From: Asticcacaulis sp.
GTDB lineage: Bacteria > Pseudomonadota > Alphaproteobacteria > Caulobacterales > Caulobacteraceae
NCBI GenBank assembly: GCA_036834925.1
Contig: DAITMY010000001.1
Coordinates: 1-33,228 of the forward strand
Direction of reading: 5' to 3'
Length of the DNA stretch: 33,228 nt
How positions within the stretch are numbered: position 1 is the stretch's first letter; each line of letters begins with the position of its first letter. The translations under genes and the position numbers were made by a program. Below are positions 17,163 through 27,596 of the stretch, piece by piece. The notes under the pieces were generated by a model. That model ran no database searches, was not told where the DNA came from, and was given only the letters and a program-made list of their open reading frames with translations.

Positions 17163-18458
17163 ATGCACCCTTTCAAGCCTTTGGCTCTGGTGATCACGGT
17201 CGGGCTCCTGTTCGGGCCGGGGGGCGCCCATGCCAAGCCCGCACCCAAGCCGGAGCCAATCCCCGCGAAAGGCACTTTGCTGATCGGAGGCGGGGCACTG
17301 GCTCGGGATAATCTGGCGATCTGGCAGAGCCTTGCCGATCGGCTCAAGGCCCCGGGCAGTACCGTGGCCGTCATTGCCTCCGCCTCGGGTGCGCCACAGG
17401 ATGCTCTGAAAAGCCTGCAGCGCAATCTTGGTCAGGTCGGGATCGCCCCGGAGCGGGTGGTGCTGGTCGAGACGGCGGTGGTGGATGATCCGGACACCCC
17501 AAACGTGGATGAAGCGTCGTGGCGGCGCGGGGCGTGGTCAGAGGCCGAAGTGGCCAAGGTGCGGTCTGCCGCCGTGATCTGGTTCACCGGCGGGGATCAG
17601 GTGCGTACGCTGGAGGCTCTGAGCTTCGGGAACAACCCTTCGCCGCTGTTACAGGCGGTTCGTCAACGGTTGACTGAGGGGGCGGTGGTCGGGGGCAGTA
17701 GTGCCGGTGCCGCAATCCAAAGCCAGCCGATGATCGTGCGCGGACATGGCCTGACGGTTCTGACCGATCCGGTCCGGCTCTTCACCCCTGCAGCCCCCGA
17801 TAACGGTGGGCTGATGATGGCTCCGGGTGCCGGATTTTTCCCGTTCGGGATCGTCGATCAGCATTTTGACTATCAGGCCCGGCTCGGGCGGTTGTTTCGG
17901 GCGCTTGAAAGCCGCCGGATGAGCCATGATCCGCGTCCGGGCTTTGGCATTGACGAAAACACCGTGCTCAAGGTCGATTTTGCGACCCGCACCGCCGAAG
18001 TGGTGGGTGAGGGCAGTGTCACAGTTATGAGCCTGAAACCGCTGCCCGTGTCGGGCCTGACTGAGCCGCAGCGGGGGCAGGCGTATCTGAGCTTGCTGGC
18101 CCATGGGGACCGGCTCGATCTAACGACGCTCAAGGTCACGCCCGCCGCTGACTCGCAGCCCGTTAGGGTCCGCGTGGATCCGGACGAGACCCCCGAAGAG
18201 CCGGTTTTGGGGCTGGGCGGTCCCTCCGCGCTGGTGGACCAACTGGGCCGAACCCTTTTGAACCCGGATGTGCGCGGGCCGGTCGTTCTGCGCCAATGGC
18301 GCACCGATGGGCTAGAAGCGCGCTATAGCCTGAGTAAGACCGCTGAGACCCGCGCTTGGGTCGGCCGCACCGCTTCCGCAGCCCGCCGCCATGGGGTCAG
18401 CGGGCTGGAGTTGACGCTGGAACTGGGTCAGTCGGGGCCGCTTGTGCCCCGACCTTAA
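17163..18458 (+). CDS. Secreted cyanophycinase-like peptidase (S51) with a C-terminal extension
   Basis: Signal peptide (AHA|K), LLIGGG, FTGGDQ, GGSSAGAA (Ser), VDQHF (His), GIDENT (Glu). 30 nt after the S9 gene, with AGGAG RBS. Confidence 0.88.
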   Translation: MHPFKPLALVITVGLLFGPGGAHAKPAPKPEPIPAKGTLLIGGGALARDNLAIWQSLADRLKAPGSTVAVIASASGAPQDALKSLQRNLGQVGIAPERVVLVETAVVDDPDTPNVDEASWRRGAWSEAEVAKVRSAAVIWFTGGDQVRTLEALSFGNNPSPLLQAVRQRLTEGAVVGGSSAGAAIQSQPMIVRGHGLTVLTDPVRLFTPAAPDNGGLMMAPGAGFFPFGIVDQHFDYQARLGRLFRALESRRMSHDPRPGFGIDENTVLKVDFATRTAEVVGEGSVTVMSLKPLPVSGLTEPQRGQAYLSLLAHGDRLDLTTLKVTPAADSQPVRVRVDPDETPEEPVLGLGGPSALVDQLGRTLLNPDVRGPVVLRQWRTDGLEARYSLSKTAETRAWVGRTASAARRHGVSGLELTLELGQSGPLVPRP

Positions 18459-18460
18459 GC

Positions 18461-19156
18461 TTATTGTGTGATGGCGCGCAGGGTCATGGGCTCGAACGGG
18501 GCCAGGTCGTTGCCCCACGTGATCAGTACCACCTTGGTGTCATCGCCCGGAACGGCTTCGAGCGTATAGAAGCCGGCATATTGGATCCCATAGGGTCCGC
18601 ACGGGGGCGGCATGTCCATCGACTCGGCGCTGGCTTTTTCCCAGCGGGTCTTGAGATCACCCACCGGAGCCCAGGCATAGCGAACCACCGGATCATCGGG
18701 ACGCGGGTTCATATAGGTCTTGCCTGCTGGTTGCAGGGTGCAGCCGCCCGGTTCCGACGGCGGCGACAGTTTGGTCATCTCGGCATTGAGGCTTTCGATT
18801 CCGGCCTTGGCGTCTTTGGTCAGGATGCGGATCGATTCATAGCGTTCGCCTTTGCCGGGATCGCCGCTTTCGGTCATGAAACCGGGCAGGGACTGATCGG
18901 CGACCAGACGATAATTGCCGCGTTCTTTCGGGCAATTATAGCTCCATATTTCAAGCCCCAAGCCCGTAACCTTTTCCCAGTTACAGCCGGGATAGCTGCT
19001 GGACAGGGCTTCGGACGGGACCGGATCGGCGGTCTTGGCCTTCGTCGCGGCGGCATCGGACTGGGGCGCAGAACAGGCCGCCAGCATCAAGGGCCCCAGC
19101 ATCAAGGCCCCAAGGGCCGGGATCAAGGCTGTGCGGGGGCTAATGGCATGAGACAT
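18461..19156 (-). CDS. Hypothetical lipoprotein
   Basis: ATG at 19156 (MSHAISPR) after GAGGG. Hydrophobic stretch plus lipobox LAAC. Four more Cys. The ORF track extends to 19225 through a terminator hairpin, which is unlikely. Confidence 0.7.
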   Translation of the reverse strand: MSHAISPRTALIPALGALMLGPLMLAACSAPQSDAAATKAKTADPVPSEALSSSYPGCNWEKVTGLGLEIWSYNCPKERGNYRLVADQSLPGFMTESGDPGKGERYESIRILTKDAKAGIESLNAEMTKLSPPSEPGGCTLQPAGKTYMNPRPDDPVVRYAWAPVGDLKTRWEKASAESMDMPPPCGPYGIQYAGFYTLEAVPGDDTKVVLITWGNDLAPFEPMTLRAITQ

Positions 19157-19181
19157 GGGCGAACCCTCTAAATGAACCGGC

Positions 19182-19218
19182 AAACAATAAGGCCCCCGGA
19201 TGACGCATCCGAGGGCCT
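19182..19218 (-). terminator. Rho-independent terminator of the 19296-19694 gene
   Basis: Minus strand AGGCCCTCGGATG-CGT-CATCCGGGGGCCT followed by TATTGTTT. Confidence 0.65.
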
Positions 19219-19295
19219 CTGTCAAACGTGATGCCTTTGCTGGCCGGGGTATGAGACACCCGGCCCGGATTTTGAGACAAACCGCCGTCAGAGCC

Positions 19296-19694
19296 TTAGG
19301 CGCAGGGGGCCTTAACTGCCTCTAGCATAGCCCCGACCTGAGCATCCATCTGCTGGATCTGGGCGTTCAGCTGGTCGAGCTTGTCACCGGCGGGAACCAG
19401 GGTGGCCAGTTCCTTCATGCCGTCACGAATTTCAACCATATGCGGGTACATTTCCTTGGTCAAATTGCACATGCCGACGGTGTCATTGGCCTGAGCGGCC
19501 GTCTGCATTTTGGTCCCGACGTCCTGCATCTTGGTCGCGGTCGCCTGCATGCGCATGACAACGGCCTTGATCTTTTCTTCGTTCGGATTGGCGGCCGCCG
19601 TTTGCGCGGCTGTAGGCTGGGTTTGGGCCAGAACTGGCTGAGCCGCCAGGGTGAGGCTGAGGCCAAATGCCAGGGCGTTGAGTGATTTACGCAT
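19296..19694 (-). CDS. Hypothetical secreted helical protein
   Basis: Sec signal (MRKSLNALAFGLSLTLAAQPVLA|Q), Gln/Met/Ala-rich helices, two Cys. AGGGGGA RBS. Confidence 0.75.
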   Translation of the reverse strand: MRKSLNALAFGLSLTLAAQPVLAQTQPTAAQTAAANPNEEKIKAVVMRMQATATKMQDVGTKMQTAAQANDTVGMCNLTKEMYPHMVEIRDGMKELATLVPAGDKLDQLNAQIQQMDAQVGAMLEAVKAPCA

Positions 19695-19784
19695 AGAGGA
19701 TCCCCCCTGAAAACGCCCGCAATCCGGACAAGATCAGGACATAAAGACGGGAATGGGGATTGGCCAATTAAGTTTTGGAAAGGT

Positions 19785-19811
19785 CCCCCTTTGCCCGAGC
19801 AGCAAAGGGGG
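19785..19811 (-). terminator. Hairpin terminator downstream of thiC
   Basis: CCCCCTTTGC-N7-GCAAAGGGGG, a perfect 10-bp stem 10 nt past the thiC stop. Confidence 0.65.
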
Positions 19812-19821
19812 CGCGCGCCGC

Positions 19822-21690
<1,869 letters not shown>

Positions 21691-21744
21691 TCATGTCAAC
21701 GCAAGGAAGCATGCAGGTCGCCAGTGGGGTGGCTGAACCGCGAA

Positions 21745-21838
21745 CACTCCCTTCGCCGGCATGACCCGGATCAGGTTCGGCGGGTCGCGGTCCCGATTGA
21801 CCGCCTCTCAGTCCCCTTATGGCGGGACCCCCCGGTGT
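21745..21838 (-). ncRNA. TPP riboswitch
   Basis: Minus strand CACCGGGGGGTCCC...GGGACTGAGAGGCGG...GACCCGCCGAACCTGATCCGGGTCATGCCGGCGAAGGGAGTG contains the CUGAGA and GAACCUGAU...AUGCCGGCGAAGGGA hallmarks; upstream of thiC. Confidence 0.97.
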
Positions 21839-21927
21839 ATGGGTTCAATTTAGGCCATTGCGGCTGTGGTGCAAGCCTAAAGACAGAGTCCCCTGCTGGG
21901 GCATGACTTGTAGGCCTTTATTCCGCC

Positions 21928-21946
21928 CTGCGACAGCCCGCCGCGC
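21928..21946. promoter_or_regulatory. Putative RegA/RegR/SpdR-family response-regulator box upstream of ompW
   Basis: CTGCGAC-AGCCC-GCCGC. Its reverse complement GCGGC-N5-GTCGC is the RegR-type box. Confidence 0.5.
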
Positions 21947-22038
21947 GACCAAATGGACCGCTGCTTTAAATCCGCAAGAGTTTTATGGGTATTTTCGTAC
22001 CTTGTTTCTCACGAAACGAACGAAAAGAGAAAAACACC

Positions 22039-22689
22039 ATGAAACGCATTGCTCTCGCTCTCGGAACCGTTGCCGCTGTCGCCCTGATGGCGGGCGCTGT
22101 TCAGGCTCAGGACTTCACAGGCAAGGCCAAGGGCCAGTGGATGGTCAATACGCGCATCACCTCGGTCGCACCGGACGAGTCGGGTCGGATCCTGACGGCG
22201 GCGGGCGCGGACGCGGGCCTCAGCGTCGATGTGGACGCCGATACCAAGCCGACCCTCGGGATTGCCTATTTCCTCACCGACAACATTGCCGTGGATGTCA
22301 CCCTCGGGACCACCAAGCACACGATCAAGGCCAAGGGCCCCGGGACGGACGTCAAGGTTCACGAGACCATGGTGCTGCCGCCGGTCGTGACCTTGCAATA
22401 TCACTTTAACCCCAAGGGCCAGGTCAGCCCCTATGTCGGCGCGGGCTTGAACTACATGCTGTTCTACAGCGGTAAGGACAAGAACGGCTTCAAGGTCGAT
22501 CTGGACAACGGCTTTGGCTATGCCCTGCAAGGCGGCGTCGATGTGGCCCTGAAGGGCAACTGGTCGCTTAATGCCGATGTTAAGAAGGTCTGGTTCGAAA
22601 CCGACGCTAAGATCAACGGCGGCGCGCTGAAGTCCAAGGTCAAGCTTGACCCGGTCGTGGCTTCGGTCGGTTTTGGCTACAAGTTCTGA
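22039..22689 (+). CDS. ompW: Outer membrane protein OmpW family
   Basis: Signal peptide (AVQA|Q), LPPVVTLQYHF, PYVGAGLNY, C-terminal LDPVVASVGFGYKF ending in Phe. Confidence 0.95.
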   Translation: MKRIALALGTVAAVALMAGAVQAQDFTGKAKGQWMVNTRITSVAPDESGRILTAAGADAGLSVDVDADTKPTLGIAYFLTDNIAVDVTLGTTKHTIKAKGPGTDVKVHETMVLPPVVTLQYHFNPKGQVSPYVGAGLNYMLFYSGKDKNGFKVDLDNGFGYALQGGVDVALKGNWSLNADVKKVWFETDAKINGGALKSKVKLDPVVASVGFGYKF

Positions 22690-22715
22690 TCGGATCCAAA
22701 AATCCTGATACGGCC

Positions 22716-22747
22716 AACGCCTCTCTCGATAGCGGGGGAGGCGTTTT
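22716..22747 (+). terminator. Rho-independent terminator of ompW
   Basis: AACGCCTCTCTCG-ATAG-CGGGGGAGGCGTT stem with G-U pairs, ending in TTTT. Confidence 0.7.
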
Positions 22748-22766
22748 GCTGTTTGCGCCAGCCTGA

Positions 22767-22836
22767 AGTTTCTTTCGCGGATCACGGGCCAGTTTCTTTC
22801 GCGGATCACGGGCCAGTTTCTTTCGCGGATCACGGG
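22767..22836. repeat. 24-bp tandem repeat, about 2.9 copies
   Basis: AGTTTCTTTCGCGGATCACGGGCC at 22767-22790 and 22791-22814, plus a 22-nt third copy at 22815-22836. No spacers. Confidence 0.97.
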
Positions 22837-22951
22837 AATGCCAGTTGCCTCTGAGGCGAAGTTCGGATCCACTGCGCCCACCCAAGACCGTGCCCCCATC
22901 ACGCCCGGACCGGCTTTCAAAAAACACGGGAATCCTTCCCTTGGGACATGC

Positions 22952-22967
22952 TTGACGTTTACGTCAA
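22952..22967. promoter_or_regulatory. Palindromic operator, LiuR (MerR-family)-like
   Basis: TTGACGT-TT-ACGTCAA, perfect 7-bp arms, 38 nt upstream of the thiolase start. Confidence 0.65.
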
Positions 22968-23005
22968 TGTAAGTTTGTCTTGGTCCGGCAAAGGAGAAAC
23001 GCACC

Positions 23006-24211
23006 ATGGCTGAGGCCTTTATTTACGATGCCGTCCGCACGCCCCGCGGTAAGGGCAAAAAGGACGGTTCACTTCACGAAATGACCGCCTTGTCGCTCGC
23101 CAGTCAGGCCTTGCAGGCCGTGCGCGACCGCAATGCCCTCGATACGTCGCGGGTGGATGATGTGATCCTTGGCTGTGTGGCGCCGGTGGGGGAACAGGGC
23201 GCGGACATCGCCCGGACCGCCGTGCTGGCCGCAGGCTATAGCGAAACGACTGCCGGGGTTCAGATCAACCGCTTTTGCGCCTCGGGTCTCGAAGCCGTGA
23301 ACATGGCCGCCGCTAAGGTCATCTCAGGCGAGGCCGATTTCGCCATTGGCGGCGGGGTCGAAAGCATGAGTCGCGTGCCGATGGGCTCGGACGGGGGCGC
23401 ATGGCCGATTGATCCGGCGTCAGCCTTTCCGACCTATTTTGTCCCGCAAGGGGTGTCGGCGGATATGATTGCCAGCAAATGGGGCATTTCGCGTACCGAC
23501 GCCGATGCCTATGCGGTGGAAAGCCACAAGCGCGCGGCTCGCTCCTGGGCCGAAGGACGCTTTAGCAAGTCCGTGGTGCCGGTGATGGATCAGATGGGCG
23601 TGACCCGTCTGGCGCATGACGAAACTATTCGCCCCAATACCGACATGCAAACCCTCGGCAGCTTGAATGCCAGCTTCACCATGATGGGGGAAATGGCCTT
23701 TGATGCGGTGATCAACCAGCGCTACCCCGAGGTCGAGCGCGTCAACCACATCCATACGCCGGGCAACAGCTCGGGCATCGTCGATGGGGCCGCTGCGGTG
23801 CTGATCGGGTCCAAAGAGGCCGGATCGGCAGCAGGGCTCAAGCCGCGCGCCCGGATCAAGGGCATGGCCTCGATCGGCTCTGAGCCGTCGATCATGCTGA
23901 CCGGGCCGTCCTATGCGACGGAGAAGCTGCTGAAAAAGCTTGGGATGTCGGTGTCGGACATCGACCTTTATGAGCTGAACGAGGCCTTTGCCTCGGTGGT
24001 GCTGCGCTACATGCAGGCGCTGGATATCCCCCACGACAAGATCAACGTCTGTGGCGGGGCCATTGCCATGGGCCATCCGCTCGGCGCGACCGGGGCGATG
24101 ATCCTCGGCACCGTGCTCGATGAGCTGGAGCGGACGGGCCAGTCGACGGCCCTCGTAACCCTGTGCGTGGGCGGTGGCATGGCCACGGCCACGGTGATTG
24201 AACGGATCTAA
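23006..24211 (+). CDS. fadA: Acetyl-CoA C-acyltransferase (thiolase)
   Basis: RTPRG, NRFCASG (Cys), [20 protein letters not shown] (His), LCVGGG (Cys). AAGGAG RBS. Confidence 0.95.
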   Translation: MAEAFIYDAVRTPRGKGKKDGSLHEMTALSLASQALQAVRDRNALDTSRVDDVILGCVAPVGEQGADIARTAVLAAGYSETTAGVQINRFCASGLEAVNMAAAKVISGEADFAIGGGVESMSRVPMGSDGGAWPIDPASAFPTYFVPQGVSADMIASKWGISRTDADAYAVESHKRAARSWAEGRFSKSVVPVMDQMGVTRLAHDETIRPNTDMQTLGSLNASFTMMGEMAFDAVINQRYPEVERVNHIHTPGNSSGIVDGAAAVLIGSKEAGSAAGLKPRARIKGMASIGSEPSIMLTGPSYATEKLLKKLGMSVSDIDLYELNEAFASVVLRYMQALDIPHDKINVCGGAIAMGHPLGATGAMILGTVLDELERTGQSTALVTLCVGGGMATATVIERI

Positions 24212-24222
24212 GGACAGACGCC

Positions 24223-26421
24223 ATGACGCATTTCACGATTGAAACCGACGCCGACGGCATTGCCCTGGTCACGTTTGACTCGCCGGGCAAGTCGATGAAC
24301 ACCCTGTGCAAGGCCGCGCTCGATGAGCTAGCGGCGCTGGCCGAGCAGCTGAAAACCGACGCGGCGCTGAAGGGGGCCGTGATTACCTCGGGCAAGGCCT
24401 CGGGCTTCTGTGCCGGAGCCGACATCACCGAGTTTGGCGACATCCTCAAGGTCGCCGATTACAGCACCGAGGACGGCAAAAAGACCATCTTTGAGGCGGC
24501 CTTCTACCTCAACCGGGTGGTCCGGGCGCTGGAAACCTGTGGCAAGCCGGTGGCCGTGGCCATCAATGGTCTGGCGCTGGGCGGCGGTCTCGAACTGTCG
24601 CTGGGCTGTCACTACCGCGTGGTGGTGGACGACAGCAAGATCCAGCTCGGCTTGCCGGAAACCAAAATCGGGATCTTCCCGGGTGGGGGCGGCTCGCAAC
24701 GTCTGCCGCGCCTGATCGGCGCTCAAAATGCGCTGCTGGCCATGAGCGAAGGCAAATCCTGGCGGCCCAAGGAGGCCCTGTCTGCCGGGATCGTCCACGA
24801 AGTGGTCGCGCGCGGCGAAGAGGTGGCCGCCGCCAAGACCTGGATCAAGACCAAGGGCGATCCGGTCGCGCCGTGGGATAAGAAAGACTTCAAGATCCCC
24901 GGCGGTGGTCCCTATCATCCGGCAGGGGCCCAAGTGTTCATCATGGGTAATGCCATGCTGCGCAAGCAGTCCTATGGCAATTATCCGGGGATCACCAATC
25001 TGATGCATGCGGTCTATGAAGGGCTGCAGGTGCCGTTTGATGCCGCGATCCGCATCGAGAGCCGCTATTTCGTCAACACCCTAATGACGCCGCAGGCTCA
25101 GGCGATGATCCGCAGCCTGTTCCTGTCGATGCAGGCGCTCGGCAAGGGATCCGCCCGTCCCAAGGACGTCCCGGCCAGCGACATCAAGAAGGTCTCTGTG
25201 CTCGGGGCCGGGATGATGGGCGCCGGGATTGCCTATGTTCAGGCCATGGCCGGGATCGAGACCGTTTTGATCGACCGCGATCAGGCCGCCGCCGAAAAGG
25301 GCAAGGGCTATGCCGAGGAACTGATCAAGAAGCGAGTCTCGCGCGGTCAGATGACCCCGGAAAAGGCCGAGGCGACCCTGGCCCTGATCACCCCGACCAC
25401 CGACTATGCCCACGTCAAGGGTTCGGATCTGGTGATCGAAGCCGTGTTCGAAAACCGCGAGATCAAGGCCGATGTGACCCGCCGCGCCGAGGCCGAACTG
25501 GCCCCGGATGCCGTGTTTGGCTCTAATACCTCGACCCTGCCGATTACCGGGTTGGCCGAGGCCAGTGTCCGTCCGGAGAACTTCATCGGTATCCACTTCT
25601 TCTCACCGGTGGATAAGATGATGCTCGTTGAGATCATCATGGGCGAAAAGACCGGGCCGGCGGCTCTGGCCAAGGCCATCGACTATACGATCAAGATCAA
25701 GAAGACCCCGATTGTGGTTAATGACAGCCGCGGTTTCTATACCTCGCGCTGCTTCTCGACCTTCCTGACCGAAGGCATGGCCATGCTCAAGGAAGGCTAT
25801 GCCCCGGCGCTGATCGACAATGTTGGCCGCATGACCGGCATGCCACGCGGGCCGCTGGAAATGCACGATGACGTGGCGCTCGATCTGTCGACCAAGATCG
25901 GTGAGCAGACCGCCAAGGATCTGGGCGACGCCTATGTGCCCAATCCGGGCGAGGCCGAAGTTGCCAGAATGGTCCACGAGATGGGCCGCTATGGCCGCAA
26001 GAACAGCAAGGGCTTCTATGACTATCCGGAAGCCAAGGGCGCGCCCAAGACCCTGTGGCCGGGCCTGTCTGAACTGTTCCCGGTCTGCATCTCGGACTCG
26101 ACTCCGGAGCTGGTGGCCGAACTCAAAACCCGGCTGCTCTATCGCCAGGCCGTCGAGGCCGCGCGTTGCTGGGAAGAGGGCGTAATCGATGATCCGCGTG
26201 AGGCCGATGTCGGGGCGATCCTTGGCTGGGGTTTTGCGCCCTGGACCGGCGGCCCGGTCAGCCTGATCGACAGTGTCGGCCTCAAGGCCTTTGTCGAGAC
26301 CTGTGACCGTCTGACAGCGGCCTATGGCCCGCGCTTTGCTCCGCCGCAGCTGCTCCGCGATATGGCGGCTAAGGGCGAGACCTTCTATGGCCGCTTTGGC
26401 AAGACCGATGCGGCGGCCTGA
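24223..26421 (+). CDS. fadB: Fatty acid oxidation multifunctional enzyme (enoyl-CoA hydratase/3-hydroxyacyl-CoA dehydrogenase), FadB/FadJ family
   Basis: GGGLELSL and GLPETKIG (hydratase Glu pair), VLGAGMMGAGIA, SNTSTLPI, GIHFFSPV. 11 nt after the thiolase. Confidence 0.93.
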   Translation: MTHFTIETDADGIALVTFDSPGKSMNTLCKAALDELAALAEQLKTDAALKGAVITSGKASGFCAGADITEFGDILKVADYSTEDGKKTIFEAAFYLNRVVRALETCGKPVAVAINGLALGGGLELSLGCHYRVVVDDSKIQLGLPETKIGIFPGGGGSQRLPRLIGAQNALLAMSEGKSWRPKEALSAGIVHEVVARGEEVAAAKTWIKTKGDPVAPWDKKDFKIPGGGPYHPAGAQVFIMGNAMLRKQSYGNYPGITNLMHAVYEGLQVPFDAAIRIESRYFVNTLMTPQAQAMIRSLFLSMQALGKGSARPKDVPASDIKKVSVLGAGMMGAGIAYVQAMAGIETVLIDRDQAAAEKGKGYAEELIKKRVSRGQMTPEKAEATLALITPTTDYAHVKGSDLVIEAVFENREIKADVTRRAEAELAPDAVFGSNTSTLPITGLAEASVRPENFIGIHFFSPVDKMMLVEIIMGEKTGPAALAKAIDYTIKIKKTPIVVNDSRGFYTSRCFSTFLTEGMAMLKEGYAPALIDNVGRMTGMPRGPLEMHDDVALDLSTKIGEQTAKDLGDAYVPNPGEAEVARMVHEMGRYGRKNSKGFYDYPEAKGAPKTLWPGLSELFPVCISDSTPELVAELKTRLLYRQAVEAARCWEEGVIDDPREADVGAILGWGFAPWTGGPVSLIDSVGLKAFVETCDRLTAAYGPRFAPPQLLRDMAAKGETFYGRFGKTDAAA

Positions 26422-26465
26422 TCCCGGGCTTGCGCCCCCGCAAGGGGGCGTAAAGGTCTGAATAG

Positions 26466-26506
26466 AAGAAGAGCCGGTTACGGGATCCGTAACCGGCTCT
26501 TCTTTT
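26466..26506. terminator. Bidirectional terminator between fadB and terC
   Basis: 18-bp perfect stem AAGAAGAGCCGGTTACGG-GAT-CCGTAACCGGCTCTTCTT, with T-rich ends on both strands. Confidence 0.85.
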
Positions 26507-26520
26507 AGCCAAAGGCGTCT

Positions 26521-27591
26521 TTATTCCGGCGCGGACGCATTGTGTGTTTTATCGTTTCGGGTCCGCCACAGGGAGTAGAGAATGCCCGAACCGATCAGGG
26601 CGACCGTAATGCCCAGCGACCATTCTGCCGGGAACTTCCCGCCCGGGAAAAAGTCGCCCAAGAAGATCTTGCCGCCGATGAAGATCAGCGTCGCCGACAG
26701 GGCATACTTCAGATATTTGAAGCGGTGGACCAGAGCGGCGAGGGCAAAGAACAGGGCGCGAAGACCCAAGATCGCAAAGATGTTCGATGTGTAAACGATA
26801 TAGGCATCGTTAGTGATGGCAAAGATCGCTGGGACGCTGTCGATGGCAAACACCACATCCACAATTTCAATAAAGACTAAAGCTAAAAGAAGCGGTGTAG
26901 CAATACTTTTTAATTTGCCGGTGTGCGGGTCCGGCAGTTTAACGACAAACTTATTGCCATGTAGCTCCGGGGTCACTGGGATGATCTTTTTGATCGCTTT
27001 GAGGATCTTGTTTTCGCTCATGTCCTCATCGTCGTGATCGCCTTTTCGCAGCATCATCACGCCGGTGAAAATCAGGAACACGGCGAACAGGTAAAGCACC
27101 CAGCTGAACTGGCTGACGAGAGTGGCTCCAACGCCAATCATGATCGCCCGAAGGACCAGAACGCCGATGATGCCCCAGAACAGCACTCGGTGCTGATAGA
27201 GCCTGGGAATGGCCAGATAGGTAAAGACCAGCGAAATGACGAACACATTGTCCATCGCCAGAGTCTTTTCGACCGCAAAACCGGTTAGATAGAGCTGAAC
27301 GGCGCGCCAGGCGCGATCTTCGCCTGTGACTTCAAGAATTCGGGGATCGAGTGACACCCCCGGTGTTGCGTTGTTGTAAAGCCACCAGATGACCGCAGAG
27401 AAACTCAGGCCAATCAAGATATAAAAGGCGGACATTTTCAGGGATCCTGCAATCCCGATTTCGTGGTCTTTGCGGTTCAGGACGCCCAGATCAAAGGCCA
27501 AAAGTGCGAGAACAAGGCTGATGAAGGTCAGCCAAATCCATGCGGGCTTGCCCATGAATTCGGCAAGCAAAAACGGATCAAGTCCAGTCAA
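26521..27591 (-). CDS. terC: TerC/Alx family integral membrane metal-homeostasis protein
   Basis: YLTGFAVEKTLAMDNVFV, QHRVLFWGI, DVVFAIDSVPAIFA, SNIFAILGLRALFF. TTG start after GGAG. Confidence 0.93.
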   Translation of the reverse strand: MTGLDPFLLAEFMGKPAWIWLTFISLVLALLAFDLGVLNRKDHEIGIAGSLKMSAFYILIGLSFSAVIWWLYNNATPGVSLDPRILEVTGEDRAWRAVQLYLTGFAVEKTLAMDNVFVISLVFTYLAIPRLYQHRVLFWGIIGVLVLRAIMIGVGATLVSQFSWVLYLFAVFLIFTGVMMLRKGDHDDEDMSENKILKAIKKIIPVTPELHGNKFVVKLPDPHTGKLKSIATPLLLALVFIEIVDVVFAIDSVPAIFAITNDAYIVYTSNIFAILGLRALFFALAALVHRFKYLKYALSATLIFIGGKIFLGDFFPGGKFPAEWSLGITVALIGSGILYSLWRTRNDKTHNASAPE

Positions 27592-27596
27592 GATAG

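Noticed and set aside
21964..21977. Possible FNR/FixK box upstream of ompW (CTTTAAATCCGCAA)
   Set aside because: Only one half resembles TTGAT-N4-ATCAA; too degenerate.
22767..22836. 24-bp repeats as a CRISPR array
   Set aside because: The units are contiguous with no unique spacers, and there are no cas genes.
22009..23007. 332-aa minus-strand ORF with PVIRERNW repeats
   Set aside because: Mostly antisense to ompW and crosses its terminator; the repeat comes from the DNA tandem repeat.
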